From Dimorphilus gyrociliatus (taxonomy: Eukaryota > Animalia > Annelida), in contig CAJFCJ010000001.1 of NCBI GenBank assembly GCA_904063045.1, positions 1,426,001 to 1,490,000 on the forward strand: a stretch of DNA of 64,000 bases, written 5' to 3'. The notes under the pieces were generated by a model, which worked only from the letters and a program-made list of their open reading frames with translations, was not told the DNA's origin and searched no databases. Of the stretch, positions 24,648 to 38,016 are shown piece by piece; within the stretch, counting starts at the first letter, position 1; every line of letters begins with the position of its first letter. A program made the position numbers and the translations under genes.

Positions 24648-27600
24648 CTAAACAGCTGTATTAGCTATTCTATCACTGTTTTCGTATGAAATAGTTCTCA
24701 CCGAGTTTGTGTTAAGATGTACAGGATTTTCTATATTGCAGTAGATCGGTTGAGTTGCCGTAGGCGATTTCAACCTTGCCTGAATCGCTTTATCTAGACA
24801 ATCGTGAACAAAGATATATTGGTCCTGTTTTGCAAAAAAATCATTTACGATATCTTTAGTATAATTCTTAAAAAAAAACAATTTTTTATTCAAATTATAA
24901 CCTCTGTCTGAACCATATGGCAACGATGATCTCTCATTTCTAATACGGTACCGAAAACATCTATTGGTTGACCATTTTCTACCTCGTGTAGAAGACGATC
25001 AACTGCAATATATGTTCCGGTTCTGCCAACGCCAGCGCTACATACGAAAAATATCATTTAAATACCTTTACTTGTTTATAAGTAATTAACGAAATATTTA
25101 CCTGCAGTGTATAAGTTTTGGTTTATGTTGAGGAACACCACTAGTATGCGACCTTACTTCCCTAATAAAATCGATTAGCTGTTGAGGATCGTCTAAGCAC
25201 CCAAAATCAGGCCATTTAGAGAATTTAAAATGATATATACGCCTTGTTGTTTCACCCTAATTTGAGAAAAAATGATAAATTATAAATAATATTGTCTCCT
25301 ACTTTTTCTACAAACCAATGAGGCGCTTAAAATTCTTAGAACATAATTATCAAATGTTGTCTCGGAATCATTTTTCACTCTTACATCTCCATAAAATAGT
25401 TCCTCCTCAAGAGTTGGCCAATACGATTCGCATTTGATTCTTCTATTCTCTATTAAATCGGTCAACATAACCACTGTATAAATTTCTTGTTGCCAAATCA
25501 TTCGCCAGAAATCATCCTTAGTGCTGGGTAGGGGTCCCTGAGCTGCTATATATTCCCTTTGTCCCATAACACCCTACAAAGATAATAATTTGTTAGCGAT
25601 ATCTTAAGGATATATATTAAAAAATAATATCTACAGGAATGTAGTTAGCATTTATATAATCGGAGCTATCGTCGTCCTGAGCTGGAGTTAATTTTACTCT
25701 ACTTTGATCATCTAAAAAGAGAAATGAATAATATTATAAATAATGAAACTAGAACAAAAACAATATAAAAGTTTACATGGTGAAATGTTTGTATATCTAT
25801 TTTTTGTGCGATTTTCAGGTAATTCTGACGAAGTTGTAGGCTTATTGGCACTTTTTTCACTCCTTTCCCTGATAAACTAAAACAAGACAATAGAGGATTT
25901 TATAAAGATATTATAAATAAGAATTTGTTGTTATTTATATTACTTGATACTCCTCCGAAAATCCCATATTTGAATCCTTATGATGATTTCTACAATGCTC
26001 ACTGAACTTATCCAAAGAAATCTTTCCAGTTCTGTAAAAATTCAAAAGAATAATAAAATATGTATAAAGTCTATAATGAGATTCATGCTGAATAATCTTT
26101 TCATGCTTTATGAATATTAATTAAGAAGAAAAAGAAATATATATTTCACAAGCAATTAACTTAACTCTTTTCTTTTCTTTTTAATGGATAAGAATATTAT
26201 AGAATAGTTTTAAATAAAAGATAAATATGATGAAAATTTTCACCCATTCACACTCAATGCGCATAAATATACTGTATATAACTATAAACTAATAACAAGA
26301 TTTCCATTCAACTTGGCATATTCGCTAATAAGCCTTTAATAAAGGCAGCATAATAGCAATATTATATACTTTTTATGCCTGTATAAGCTACATATATAGT
26401 TTGGATATGTTGTATTTAATCACTTGAATGATACCTTATAGAGTATGTTTTTTGTAAACTATAAAGAAAAAGACTTTAGATCTTAGGATATTCAATCCTA
26501 ACTGTTGTTATACTGTACTTATAGTAGCTAAAAGTCCTTTGAAATCATATATTGTTAGTTAGTAACAGTTATTTTAATAAATAAATATAATTACGTCATT
26601 GGATCTGTCATCAATGGATTTATATGAGGTCCTCCACTTGAAGTTGAAGGTATTGTCGGTGAGGGAGCTCTTCTTTTCCAATAGATGAACGCAACTATTA
26701 TAATAGCTAGTAATACTAGAGGCACTACAACTCCTGCAGCTATTATTCCAGCTTTTGATTTTGCTGCTATATTGAGTAAACGGAGAAAATACTTATGAAA
26801 TTAGATAAAAATATCAATAAAATCAAAAAGAGTTAATAGCAATTGTTTGTTTAGTGATATAACAATTATTAGAGGCTGTTTATTAACTAAGAAGTCTAAA
26901 AAGTGCATTTCTTCAACATAAAAGTGAGAAAATTTTCAACAAAATAATAAACTATAATTAAGAACAAAGGTGTTATTTTTATCGCTATTATCATTATCCC
27001 TTTTACAAAGTGTTATATTAACATATAAAAATAAAAATAGATAGTGTAAAACCATAAAGGATAAAAAAGATAAGCTTATACTTCAGCTAAAACTATATTT
27101 ACCTTCTGGCTTTTGAACTTAAAGTTAAAATAAGATAAAAACAAGTTGGAAATTTTTAATAATTTAAATGGTAATTTATAATTTTCTTTAAATGAAAAAT
27201 AGCTATAAATTGTATACTCTGCTTAAGAATAAAGCTTATAAAACTTACCAGTTTCTATAGCAATATGAGGGCTTACATAATATCCAGCCTTTGTAGCTAT
27301 AAACGCCAAAATTCTAAACAAAAGGGGAAAAAACATGCTAAAAAAAACTTCAAACAATTGGAATAAAAATAAAAGAAAAACAATAAATTGAACATAACGA
27401 TATCGTAGCAGGAATCTAGAACCGACATTTTTTTACTAGTTTCACTAGATTCTATGCTAGATGGAGGAGATAGGAGAGAAAGAGAGGGTGGAGAAAGGAA
27501 AAGAAAACACCTGGAGGTGATGGGAATAATTTTTTTTGTAATATCTTTAAAAAAAATTATTCATCCCTCTGCTAAAAAAGATATTCTCTCAAAGTAAAGA

Positions 27601-30600
27601 ATAATGAACTTACTTATATTTCCTATTCGATTTCAATTTACCATTACACCGTGCATCAGGATCGTCGGTACATTTCTCTTTTCCAATAGTATATTTGAAA
27701 GAAGCTTGGGGGTTTCCTATAAGTTTAATTAATTCTAAATTACCTGTCTGATAAAAGAGCGAAAGTAGATACAAACTTGAAAGTTGATTGAATATATTAT
27801 CAAAATCCGCACCAGTTGTTTGATATCTGCGTAGGTCATTTAATTAATAAGTAATCAATAGTTTAATTTAACAATTAATTATACTTACAAAGGTATAGTT
27901 GATTCTTGATTAGCTCTATAATAAGTTGTAACGGCTCGGTTAAATGTTTCTCTATTTAGATTGGATTGAGCAACTGTTTTAGAAAATAGAATGTTATAAA
28001 TATCCATTGTGTATGATAATGAATAATTACTATTGTTAGTGGGGTACTCAGCATCACATATCAACAAACCCCGGTGCTCAATTACCCCATTTTTTGAATT
28101 TTCAAAGAAATTTCTTAATAAAGATAGCTCAACAGTATCAGTCGTTATAGTTTGTCCAGGAAGAAATATTTCTCCACTCTCAGCACTGGGTGGGACTGTT
28201 TAATGAATTAAAAAAATGAATTTAACAAAATATACTCAATGATCTTAAAAGTTTAGCTTACAGCATGAATGACTGACTTTGGATTGTTTGCCGGAGTTGT
28301 TAAAAAGCGAATTTTCAACGATATGCTAAAACATACATTACACTTATAAGTATGTATAAAATAGGAAAACACAGAATATTAAACTCTAACCTTAACAGTG
28401 TAGTTTTCCTGTCCTTTCAGCTCCCTTGTAAAATCATACTTTGTCTCTGCTTTATTGATAATCACTTTATCCTCTATTATCTGTATAAATAATAAAATAC
28501 GTCAAGATGTGCATTATAAAAAATACCATTTTACATTTAACTTAGAATCTAAAAGGGAAATAAATATCCTTTTAAATTCTCCATGAATATCTTCATCTTT
28601 TAGCCTATTCCACGTTACCCTGAGTTTAACATCAGTGCAATTCTGTTCCCCAACAGATTGTATTGCTACTCCTTGCAAGCGTTTTGGTGCTAATTTGATA
28701 ATATAGGATTTGGTTAAAACTATCAAAAAAATATTCGAATCATGTTGAATTCACCTGCTTCCTTGGTTGTGATTTCTTTCTCTTCAGGATAGCTATCTGA
28801 TTCATCTTTCACCGCAACTTTAACTTTAACGATATATTTAGTATATGGCTTTAAATCGGGAATGATGGTAGTAGTGATAGAATGCTGGACAGGGGGGATA
28901 GGTTTTCCGGCTAAAATTGTAAATTTATCGTTAGAAACGTTTTAAATAGCTTTTAATCATCTTATTCTGGAATACGATAAAACGGTTGGAGAAATGAAAA
29001 CTAACTTTCTGGTTTGGTAGTAATAATATAACTTATATCATCTGATTGTGCGCTCTGACACTTCGGCTTTATCCACGAAACATTGACTGTTTTAATAACG
29101 GATGCAACAGGAGGATCTTGTTGAGTGAGTGTCAAATTACTGATAGGAAGTGATGCTAAAAAAATTATCGTATTTTCGTTTTTAATACTTTGTATTAACA
29201 TAAAAAATCTGCTAAATTTTCTACCTCCTTTTGAAGTCCTAATTATTTTAGTTGTTTCTTTCCCTATAAGATTTGTTGTTTTGGGTATAATAGTAATATT
29301 ATATTTTTGATACGGTGACAATTCCGTGAATATATAGTTAGTGTCTGTGATATTAACACTATTATATTCATTATCACCACATCCAAAACCGCTATGCTTA
29401 ACAATATAAGAGAGCTTTCCGTTAGGCTTTTCAGGTTCTGTCCAGTTTATACTGATAGTGTTATTTGTTATGCTGAGCTCATGTATACTCCCAACTCCAG
29501 ACGGAACTAAGGATAAATTTCTTTCAATTTATAATTGCGACTAAGGTTAATACAATACACTTACCCCCTTCCTTAGTATTTAAATTAATGTTAGATTCTA
29601 ACCCCTGCATACTATCGTCTTGAATCGCTCTCACAGACATATTATATCGATGATAATGTCGTGTCTCATTCTTCTCATACCTCAATCCTTCTATGAAGTA
29701 ACAAAACCCTGGTACTTCGCGATTTTTCCAAAGATCCCATATTTCTTCATCACAAACTTGATATTTAATAATATTTCCTTTAACATTGCATGGATTAGGG
29801 GGATTCCAAGTTAAGACGAATGAAGTGCTAGTCTGAGAATCTACTGTGAAATTTTCAGGCTTTCCAGAAGCTATACAAATAGGATATTTTATTCATAAAA
29901 GAGGGTATTTTATTCGATACTTACCAGCTTGTTGAGTTTTAGTTATGTTTACTCCTGAAGCATTTTTATCGCCTTTTAAATCGAATTTAATTCTGATTGT
30001 TACATTTCTGAATTCCGTAAGTCCAGAAATATTAAATGAGGAATTTTCAACGACAAATGGTGCTTCTATTTCGGATTCGTTAAGGCATATTTTATAAGAA
30101 TATGTTGCACTTGTATTTTTAATGCACTGCTTCCATTCATCTTTCCAAGCGTAATCTCCATTTACATAAGTTTGAGAAGGATTTGTTGAAATTTTTATTT
30201 CAGGTAAGTCATCTGGCAGAAGTGGTTGCCCAGACTTAGTAACTTGATTGCTTTCCAGTCTGCCATCTTCAAAGATGACAAAACTAGATAAGTTTCCGGT
30301 ATATATTCTACAGGGTACTGCTTTATCGAGAAGAAAAAAATTATTCTCAGTTATTTTTTCGCTTTCGCCAATTTTGAGTGAATAATTCAAATTTTCAACA
30401 TTTTTATCAGAATTCCTCCAAGTAAAATTGAGAAATTCACTTCCTTCAATTACATTGAATTCTTCTACTTTGTATGGTCCTTTTATAATAGAAAAAAAAT
30501 AGTGATGATTTTTATCATAATTTATCTGAAAACGGAACTCAAATATAGGAGATAGAAAAGTACAAACTTGTTTTCACACCAGGAGTTTCAACAGTTTGTG

Positions 30601-32158
30601 ATTTAATTTCACTTTCATGCGTTCTATTTGCTGACACTCTGATTTTATATAATGTACCAAACAGAACATCTGCACAAAAACCTTCCGTCCCTTGAATTTT
30701 TCCTTGGAAAGTTTTTCCAAGTGTTTCCTGTATACAATCCATTTTCATAGTAACTTTTGGATTGACTTCATCACTGAACGAAATATTTATTGTTTGCGTC
30801 GTTTCGTCAACTGTAACATTGTACTCGGGCACAATGGGATCTAAGAAAACATTTAGAGAATATAAATGTAACATTATCCATAAGTAGAAAATGAATAAAC
30901 TTGTGAAATTATTTACCAGTTAACGCTGTAGGTGTTGAGGCATTGAGACCATTTTGCAAAACGGCAAACTGGTAAACTGTACCCGGTAATAGATTACTTA
31001 TTGTCAAGTTTAAGACTAACACGACCGGGGTCCTTGTGACGCTGCATTCTAATGTATCGTTGCATTCGCAAAATGTAGCATTAAATATGCAAATTTCTTC
31101 GAAGTTTTTGAGTTCATTCTTTATATGTAAATTTGAATTAATTGTATCATCTACAACTAATACATCCAACACTGCAGTATCTTCTGTTATAGATGTCAAA
31201 TTAATTTGCAAGTGTCCTTTACAAAGAAAAAAAAAACCATATTTTTATTGAAAAAAAAATTAATCTTATTAAATCATTATAATTAAAGGTAAAAATAAGT
31301 TAAATATGATATCTAAAAGCGAAAATATGAAAATAAGGCATTATTCAAACATATGTGCTAATTGTGCAAGTAATTTGTTAAATATAATAATACTTAATAC
31401 AAATATAAAATAGGCAATATTATATAATATATATATATATATATATATACTGTATAAATTTATACAGTAGATGTACTTGTGTATACCAACCATGCATTTA
31501 TACATATAAAAGCGTTATCATGCATATTATAATTAGTGATGTTATCGTATCAGTTAAGAATGGATAAAAGTCTTTAAAAGCTCTAAGCATTTTTTACTCT
31601 TACTTGGATATTCGGTAGTTAATAATGTAGTCTGCTGACCTAAAATTTATGAGGGAAATACCAAAATAATTTAACGTACACCCATCAGGCAATAAATGTT
31701 TAAAGATTAGATAAGCAGGTAACCAGCTTACAAAACTTACTAGTTGATTCAGTTGATATTGAAGCAAATATACTACTAAATGTGCTTGATTCATTTAAGG
31801 TTGAAGTAGGTTGACTGCTAGACGTACTTTCAGTTGTTACAGAATTAACTGTACTTTCCGATATAGGTGGTACAATAGTGGTGCTGTTATCTAAAATATT
31901 TGATGTTCAATTTCTAATGATTACTTATATTAAGCATGATTTTGTGTAACTTTTAGAATGATGAACCGAGAGCTAAAATAAGAAAATTTTACATAAATAA
32001 CAAATATGTACCTGTCGCTTGACACACCTGAAAAATTGTAGGGTTATAAAAAAATCGTGAAAATCGTTTAGTAATTGATCAAAAATAATACATACGCAGC
32101 TCCCTATGAGTAATATCACACCAAAAAGATAACATGCACGAACTGTCATTCCAATCAT
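24648..32158 (-). CDS. Receptor-type protein tyrosine phosphatase, R3-like (FN3 ectodomain, one TM helix, single PTP domain)
   Basis: Signal peptide [23 protein letters not shown]-rich stalk, FN3-like exons, [11 protein letters not shown] motif, [26 protein letters not shown], and intact [19 protein letters not shown] and MVQTEDQY catalytic motifs. The exact orthologue cannot be assigned. Confidence 0.88.
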
Positions 32159-32828
32159 TAATTCTTAATTTTTCAAACCGCACCCAACACTGGAGTACCA
32201 ATTTATAGTCCAGAAACAAATGCACAAGTAATCCTGTTCATTTAAAGCAATAGGTTTAAGAGTCGATAAAAGTTCTCGAATTATAGAAGCCTGCGATTAC
32301 TGAGTGTTGCTTTTTGAGCTTTTATTGATAAGAAGAACACAGAACCAAATCAATAACTGATACCGATAAATTTATATCGGAAGTTCAAATGTTATTGTTA
32401 GCCGCTTAACATCTGTTTTTTGTTGCTTTCGTATTTCTAAATCATAGTAATAAGCTCTCGATATTACTAATGCAGCTTTGACTCTTTAGAGTCTGAGCAG
32501 AGAATTTGAATGATCAAAAATGGAGAAAAAAAAATTTTTTTAGCAGACGACAACCAGGTATTAAGTAATCAAAGATTTTATGCCCTAAATCATTCAGTAA
32601 ATTTAATGTGTCTAACTTGTAAAGAGAAAATCAAATTACAATAATCACCGATGTTAATATTAGATCCTCCAGCAAAAAAAACGTCAGCCTAATTTTAGTT
32701 TCGTGGCGCTGTCGTCAGTCTTCTATTCTCCCTATCGCTCCAGATTGTATATTCTCTGAAAATCTACCAGTTTTCGCTGTTCACTGATTTTTACTATCGC
32801 TAACTATTTGTTATAGCTTCCTCAAAAT

Positions 32829-34141
32829 ATGTCTAAAATTCGACGATATCTAGAGGATCTCAGACACGATAAGGGAAAAACTTGCGATCTATCTAACAAG
32901 AAGGTTCAAAAGCTAAATTCAGATTCGCTGCTATGTAAGTAATTACACTTAATAATACTACTAGATTATAAATGCCATAATTTATGTCTTTAGTCCAGCT
33001 AATACATCTAACAAAGATAAACTTATGTCACAATGAAATTACTGGTATTTATCAAGCATAAAATTATATATATACCTTTATTGTGTAATTTCTAAAATTA
33101 GCTTTTCCGGAGGAAATATGTCAACTGGTCAATTTAGAAAGTTTAAATTTATTTGATAATCGACTTTCTGTAAGATAAAAGAGTTCATTTAAGAATTTTT
33201 TATATTTTATACATTTATATTCATTGATATAAACAGTCACTTCCTGAATCTTTAAGCAGCTTAAACAAACTGAAAAAACTTAATGTTGGGTAGGTAATAA
33301 ATAATTATTTAGCATATATTACATAATTAACAAATATGCAGTATAATTTATATACTTTATAAAATCTAGTTGCAATCGGTTGGACAAATTACCTGGAACA
33401 TTTGGCCTTTTCCACAGCTTAGAAGTGTTGGATTTGACATACAATAATTTAAGTGAAAGCTCACTGCCCGACAATTTTTTCGGCCTAAGTATTGAATAAT
33501 AAATCTATATTTATATTAAACTATATATGTTTTTCTTGTAATAGTACCCCTAAGAATTTTGTATTTGGGTGATAATAACTTTGAAACAATCCCTTCTGAT
33601 ATAGGGAAATTAATCAATTTGGAAATAGTAAGTATTTTATTTAATAGTATGAAGGTAATATAAAATTTAAATATCCGCTTCAGCTTGTTTTACGTGATAA
33701 TGATCTATTATCACTTCCGCCCGAAATTGGCGACTTACAAAGGCTAAACGAATTACACATTCAGTGCAACCGACTAACTGTTGTACCACCCGAAATCGGT
33801 AGAATAATACATAAACTCCTTCAATTAATTTTCGTTACTTTTAAAATAAAAACAAAACAGGTGGCTTAGATTTAGTTGGACCAAAACAGGTATTTAGATG
33901 TAAACTAAACCCCTGGATTAAACCAATCATGGAACAAATATCGAAAGATTTTACTCACATATTTGATTTCTTAAGAGGAGCAACTTATAACAGGTGATAA
34001 AAGTTTTATTTTGATACAATTGACTAGCTATTTAAAAATATCCTTCTTTCAAATAGATTGTATAGAAATCATATGAGTGCTCCTCAAGAGATAATACCAA
34101 AGAAGGACAAGTCGAAAAAGACTAGTCTTGCTAAAAATTAG
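32829..34141 (+). CDS. RSU1: Ras suppressor protein 1 (LRR protein)
   Basis: Spliced exons give LEVLDLTYNNLSESSLPDNFFGL, LYLGDNNFETIPSDIGKL, LRDNDLLSLPPEIG and NPWIKPI...KKDKSKK, matching RSU1; stop TAG at 34139-34141. Confidence 0.88.
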
Positions 34142-34627
34142 TGCTGTATCCCAATTGGCTGGATTGCGAAACAAGTTTCATTTTTGTATTGGTGCTTACA
34201 TTCATTGTTTCTCTTTTTTTTTAAGTATTCTGCTTTTATAATTAGTATATCCCGTGAAGAAAAGGTGCTGTTTGTATTTAATAGGTATAAATTATGTAAA
34301 ATAAAGAATGCGCTGTATATTAATAAATAGTAGTAGTTAGCAACAGCAGCATATTTGTGTCTAGTTTATTAATATTTCATCTTATTAAATACATTTTTAG
34401 AATTAGTTTACCTAAATAATTTTTAAGAGATTATTTAAAAGTACCCATCTAAAAGGGCGATAATAATAAACCTTACAGGATATGAATAATTCACTCCAAA
34501 CTTATAACTAAACATGCTACACGCATCGCCAATATTTGCATTGAGAAAAGGCATAATAATAAAATTCCCTTTTACTAACTCACGCATACCAATATTAGAA
34601 CTTGTATTGAGCAATATCACAGTTTTG

Positions 34628-35626
34628 TTATGCAAACTTATGAATAGTATCTTTATCATAACATTTACTGAGATCTTCTAAATTATCCCACCATTCATTA
34701 ATGAATATTTTTGCCATGAGTTTAAACCATGGAGTGACCAGCATTTTGTTTTTATTGGAATCTTCTGTAGGGAAAAGCATTTTTATATAGAAATTTAGGA
34801 AATAATTTATAAACACTACCAATTATTTCTGCAAGACGTTTTCTCGTAATCCATTCTATGTTTTTCACTTCATTCCTATTTATTCGAATCGTTACATCCC
34901 CTTTATAGACAAGACAATAATCTATTTCATGTTCTCCCCATTCTTTCGAATTTTCTGGCCCGTTGTCAGCCTTATAATGAATTTTGGTGAGGTATTCAAA
35001 TTTATTCAAATCAATTTGACTCTCGGCAATTCCTAATTCGTGATTTAATTTTCTCCTCGCTGCTCTTTTAACCCCTATTTCATCATTTTCCTCCATTTCT
35101 TCCTTGGTAGCTAAAGGGTGACTGCAGCAACTATTTGTCCAGTAACCTATAGGATTTAAAGTTAGTGGTATTAAATGAATCCCTATGTCACAAGCATTTC
35201 AAACCTGGATAAGTAATCTTTTTTTCTGATCTTTGTTGAAGAAGCAATTCTCCTGAGGAATTAAATAAAATAACACTAAATGCCCTATGTAGTAATCCTT
35301 TTTCTATATTATCAAATTTATGGCACTCTCTTTTCGAAGCTTTTCCTATATTCTTGTCTTTTTCATCAATTACGATACACATTTCGTCTAAGTATCTCCA
35401 TTGTTGAGCATCAATATGACTTTCCTTACTATCTGTCATCAATTTGCTAAGAAATAATAATTATTAGCTATATTTTAAAAAGATTTATGTTCTAAAAGTC
35501 ATCTAATTCTTACCATGATCCAAAAAAATTGCATTTTACATTAAATAAAACAGGTGTTTTCATACGTGGATATATTTTAAAACTATTTCTCAGCATTACA
35601 GTGACTCCTTGTTTAAAAGAGTTCAT
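34628..35626 (-). CDS. IDI1: Isopentenyl-diphosphate delta-isomerase (type 1, Nudix fold) with an N-terminal extension
   Basis: GLLHRAFSV, LLLQQRS..KITYPG, WTNSCCSHPL, AARRKLNHELGI, WGEHEIDY and TPWFKL. The upstream exon from ATG 35626 splices in frame (phase 2) into KLMTDSKE. Confidence 0.9.
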
Positions 35627-35848
35627 TTTAAAATGATCACTATATATATAGAAATATATATAGAAATATATGTATTTTAAATGTGTTGCCTAACTCGGAA
35701 CACTAAATAGTCACGTGATTAATTGTTCTTTTCGTAATTATTCAGAATTCTATTTATATTTTTACAATTTATTCTTAAATTACTGTAAAATTTCTATCTG
35801 GTTTTTCTACTACATTGCTGATGGAATCGGATGGTGACAAAAACAAAA

Positions 35849-37723
35849 ATGGCGGATAAGAAGTTTGATAATATGCCGGGAATTGTAAGATTTTTTCCTT
35901 ATTTGGAACTTGTCAACTTTAAATCTTCATTTATTTTATACATAAGTATTTAATGCATTGTTGTAGGATTTTAATTCTCCAAGTGTGTATGAAACAAGCG
36001 ATCTTCCCGAAGATGATCAGAGTCAACTGACACAGGTGGTGTTTTCATTATTGATTTTAGCGATTTTTCCCTAATTAGAATATTATCTTCATTCGACAGC
36101 CTGATGATAGCGAAAGTATCGAAAATATTGATGCTAGTGTAAAAGAAGGTTATGACAAATTCAAAGGAAAAGGGTTAGATGCACCAGAGATTGGTAGATG
36201 ATCAAAAATCCTCAAGTCAGAATTTTCCATAATGATTTTTTGTTATACAGACTTCTCAGATCGCATTAGTCATTTCAGAAGAACTGGTTATGCCTCTTTT
36301 AATGTTTATGAAATTGTAAGTACACATTTTGCAACTGGTAATAAGTATAAAATAAATTTGAAAATAGGAGGCGGAAGGTAAACAGGAAACACCTAAACAA
36401 AAACTTCAACGATTGCAACATGAAATTCAAGTTTTGAGCGAGGACTTGGTAAAAGCTCAGGTTCAAATTTTTAATTTTATGTTAGATGAAAATCACTACA
36501 TTCTCCACTAATTTTATTTTATAGAAAGAGGCCGAAAGTGACGCCTTACCAGAAATGGATAAAATTGTAAATGGTGCAGATAAACTTCAAAAGCAACTAG
36601 GCCAATTGAAATTGGATGACTTACTGGGAGATGGAGAGAATATTGCTCTCGAAGATCCTACAGGAGCATTACATAAGTAAAATACCTAAGTTATATTAGA
36701 AAGATTAATTACTTAGGCTATGTCTTGCAGTCGTTTGATGAATGAAATTGAAGCGTTCAAGTCGGTTTCATCGAAAAAAGAAGAAAAGGATGAAGGCTCT
36801 CAAGATAATTTTGTGACCTATCAGCTAGTGGCAAGACCCGAACAAGATAAATTTTCAAACTTGTCTAAAGTACGAGTTATCAATTGGCTTAAATGAAAGA
36901 GGAAATATATATTAAAATTTTCTTTCATTTATTTAACAGGTAGTTGAACTGGAGCAACGATTGGATAAATTGGAAAAAGTTATAGGATATAATCAACAAT
37001 CATCGGTAAAGTCTTTTCAATATTCTTATTTCAAATTTCAATGTTAAAATATCGTTTCCAGAAAATTCTGGCTTCTCAGCTTTCAGGGAAATCATTAACT
37101 GAAAGTTGTCAGTATCTAGCTTCTCAAATCTCCCTACTACAGCCAAATACCATAGATGCTGTTGATGCTCGTCTTCAATCTGTCTCATTCATGTTGAATC
37201 AATTAAAAGAACAAGTGCGCTCCATAACTTATGCTCTGAAACTTCTAAAACAATCAGCAATCTAACTGTTATATTTTTTCTAGGGTCCTGAAAATATCGA
37301 AGCAGAGAAATTAGCCAAAGTTGACGAAGTTAAGACCCTTCTCGAAAAGTATGAAAATGTCGTTGACGGTCTTCCCCTTTTAGTTGATAGATTGTCTTCT
37401 TTGAATGAATTACATCAACATGGTAAATAATACTTAAATTATAATCTAATAATCAGTCAAATTCTTTAATCAAATAATCCTTCTTAGCTCTAGAATTCAA
37501 CACTGCCTTAACTCAATTGGAAAATTCCCAAGGTCAAATAGCTAATTTATTACAATCTCATACCGACGACCTAAAGGAGGTAAAAATTTTTTCAAAAAAA
37601 TTTTACTTGATAATTTAGACATTCTTTTCTAAACAGTTAAAAACAACAATGGCGGATAATACAAAAATTTTACAAGATAATGCCGCTGAAATTGAATCGA
37701 AAATAAAATCTATTCGAAAATAA
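35849..37723 (+). CDS. DCTN2: Dynactin subunit 2 (p50/dynamitin)
   Basis: MADKKFDNMPGI, VYETSDLPEDDQ, DFSDRISH, ETPKQKLQRLQHEIQ, VVELEQRLDKLEK, VDARLQSV and LNELHQHALEF across short exons; stop TAA at 37721-37723. Confidence 0.9.
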
Positions 37724-38016
37724 CTATATCTTCATTTTATTTTGCTTGAGTGGATTATGGTTTATTTAAAAATAAAATAATACGAAATATGTAATAAATT
37801 TTATTAAGCGTTCTAGATTGCATAAGTTATTTACAAAACGGTAATTTCCGAATGTAAAAATTGAAATAAAAAGCGAAATCTGCTAATATTTTTTTCGAAC
37901 AAAAAAATAATTTGAATGTATATATATGAATATAATAATGACTAGATCGTCATAAAAAAACATTATCATGCAAAATCTAGCGTTTAAACGTACAGCGGTG
38001 TTTGCCAATTTAGCAC

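Noticed and set aside
27400-27530. Imperfect hairpin (GAATCTAG...CTAGATTC) and long purine tract in a PTP intron
   Set aside because: Flanking exons join in frame without it, the stem is short, and no in-frame exon could be defined.
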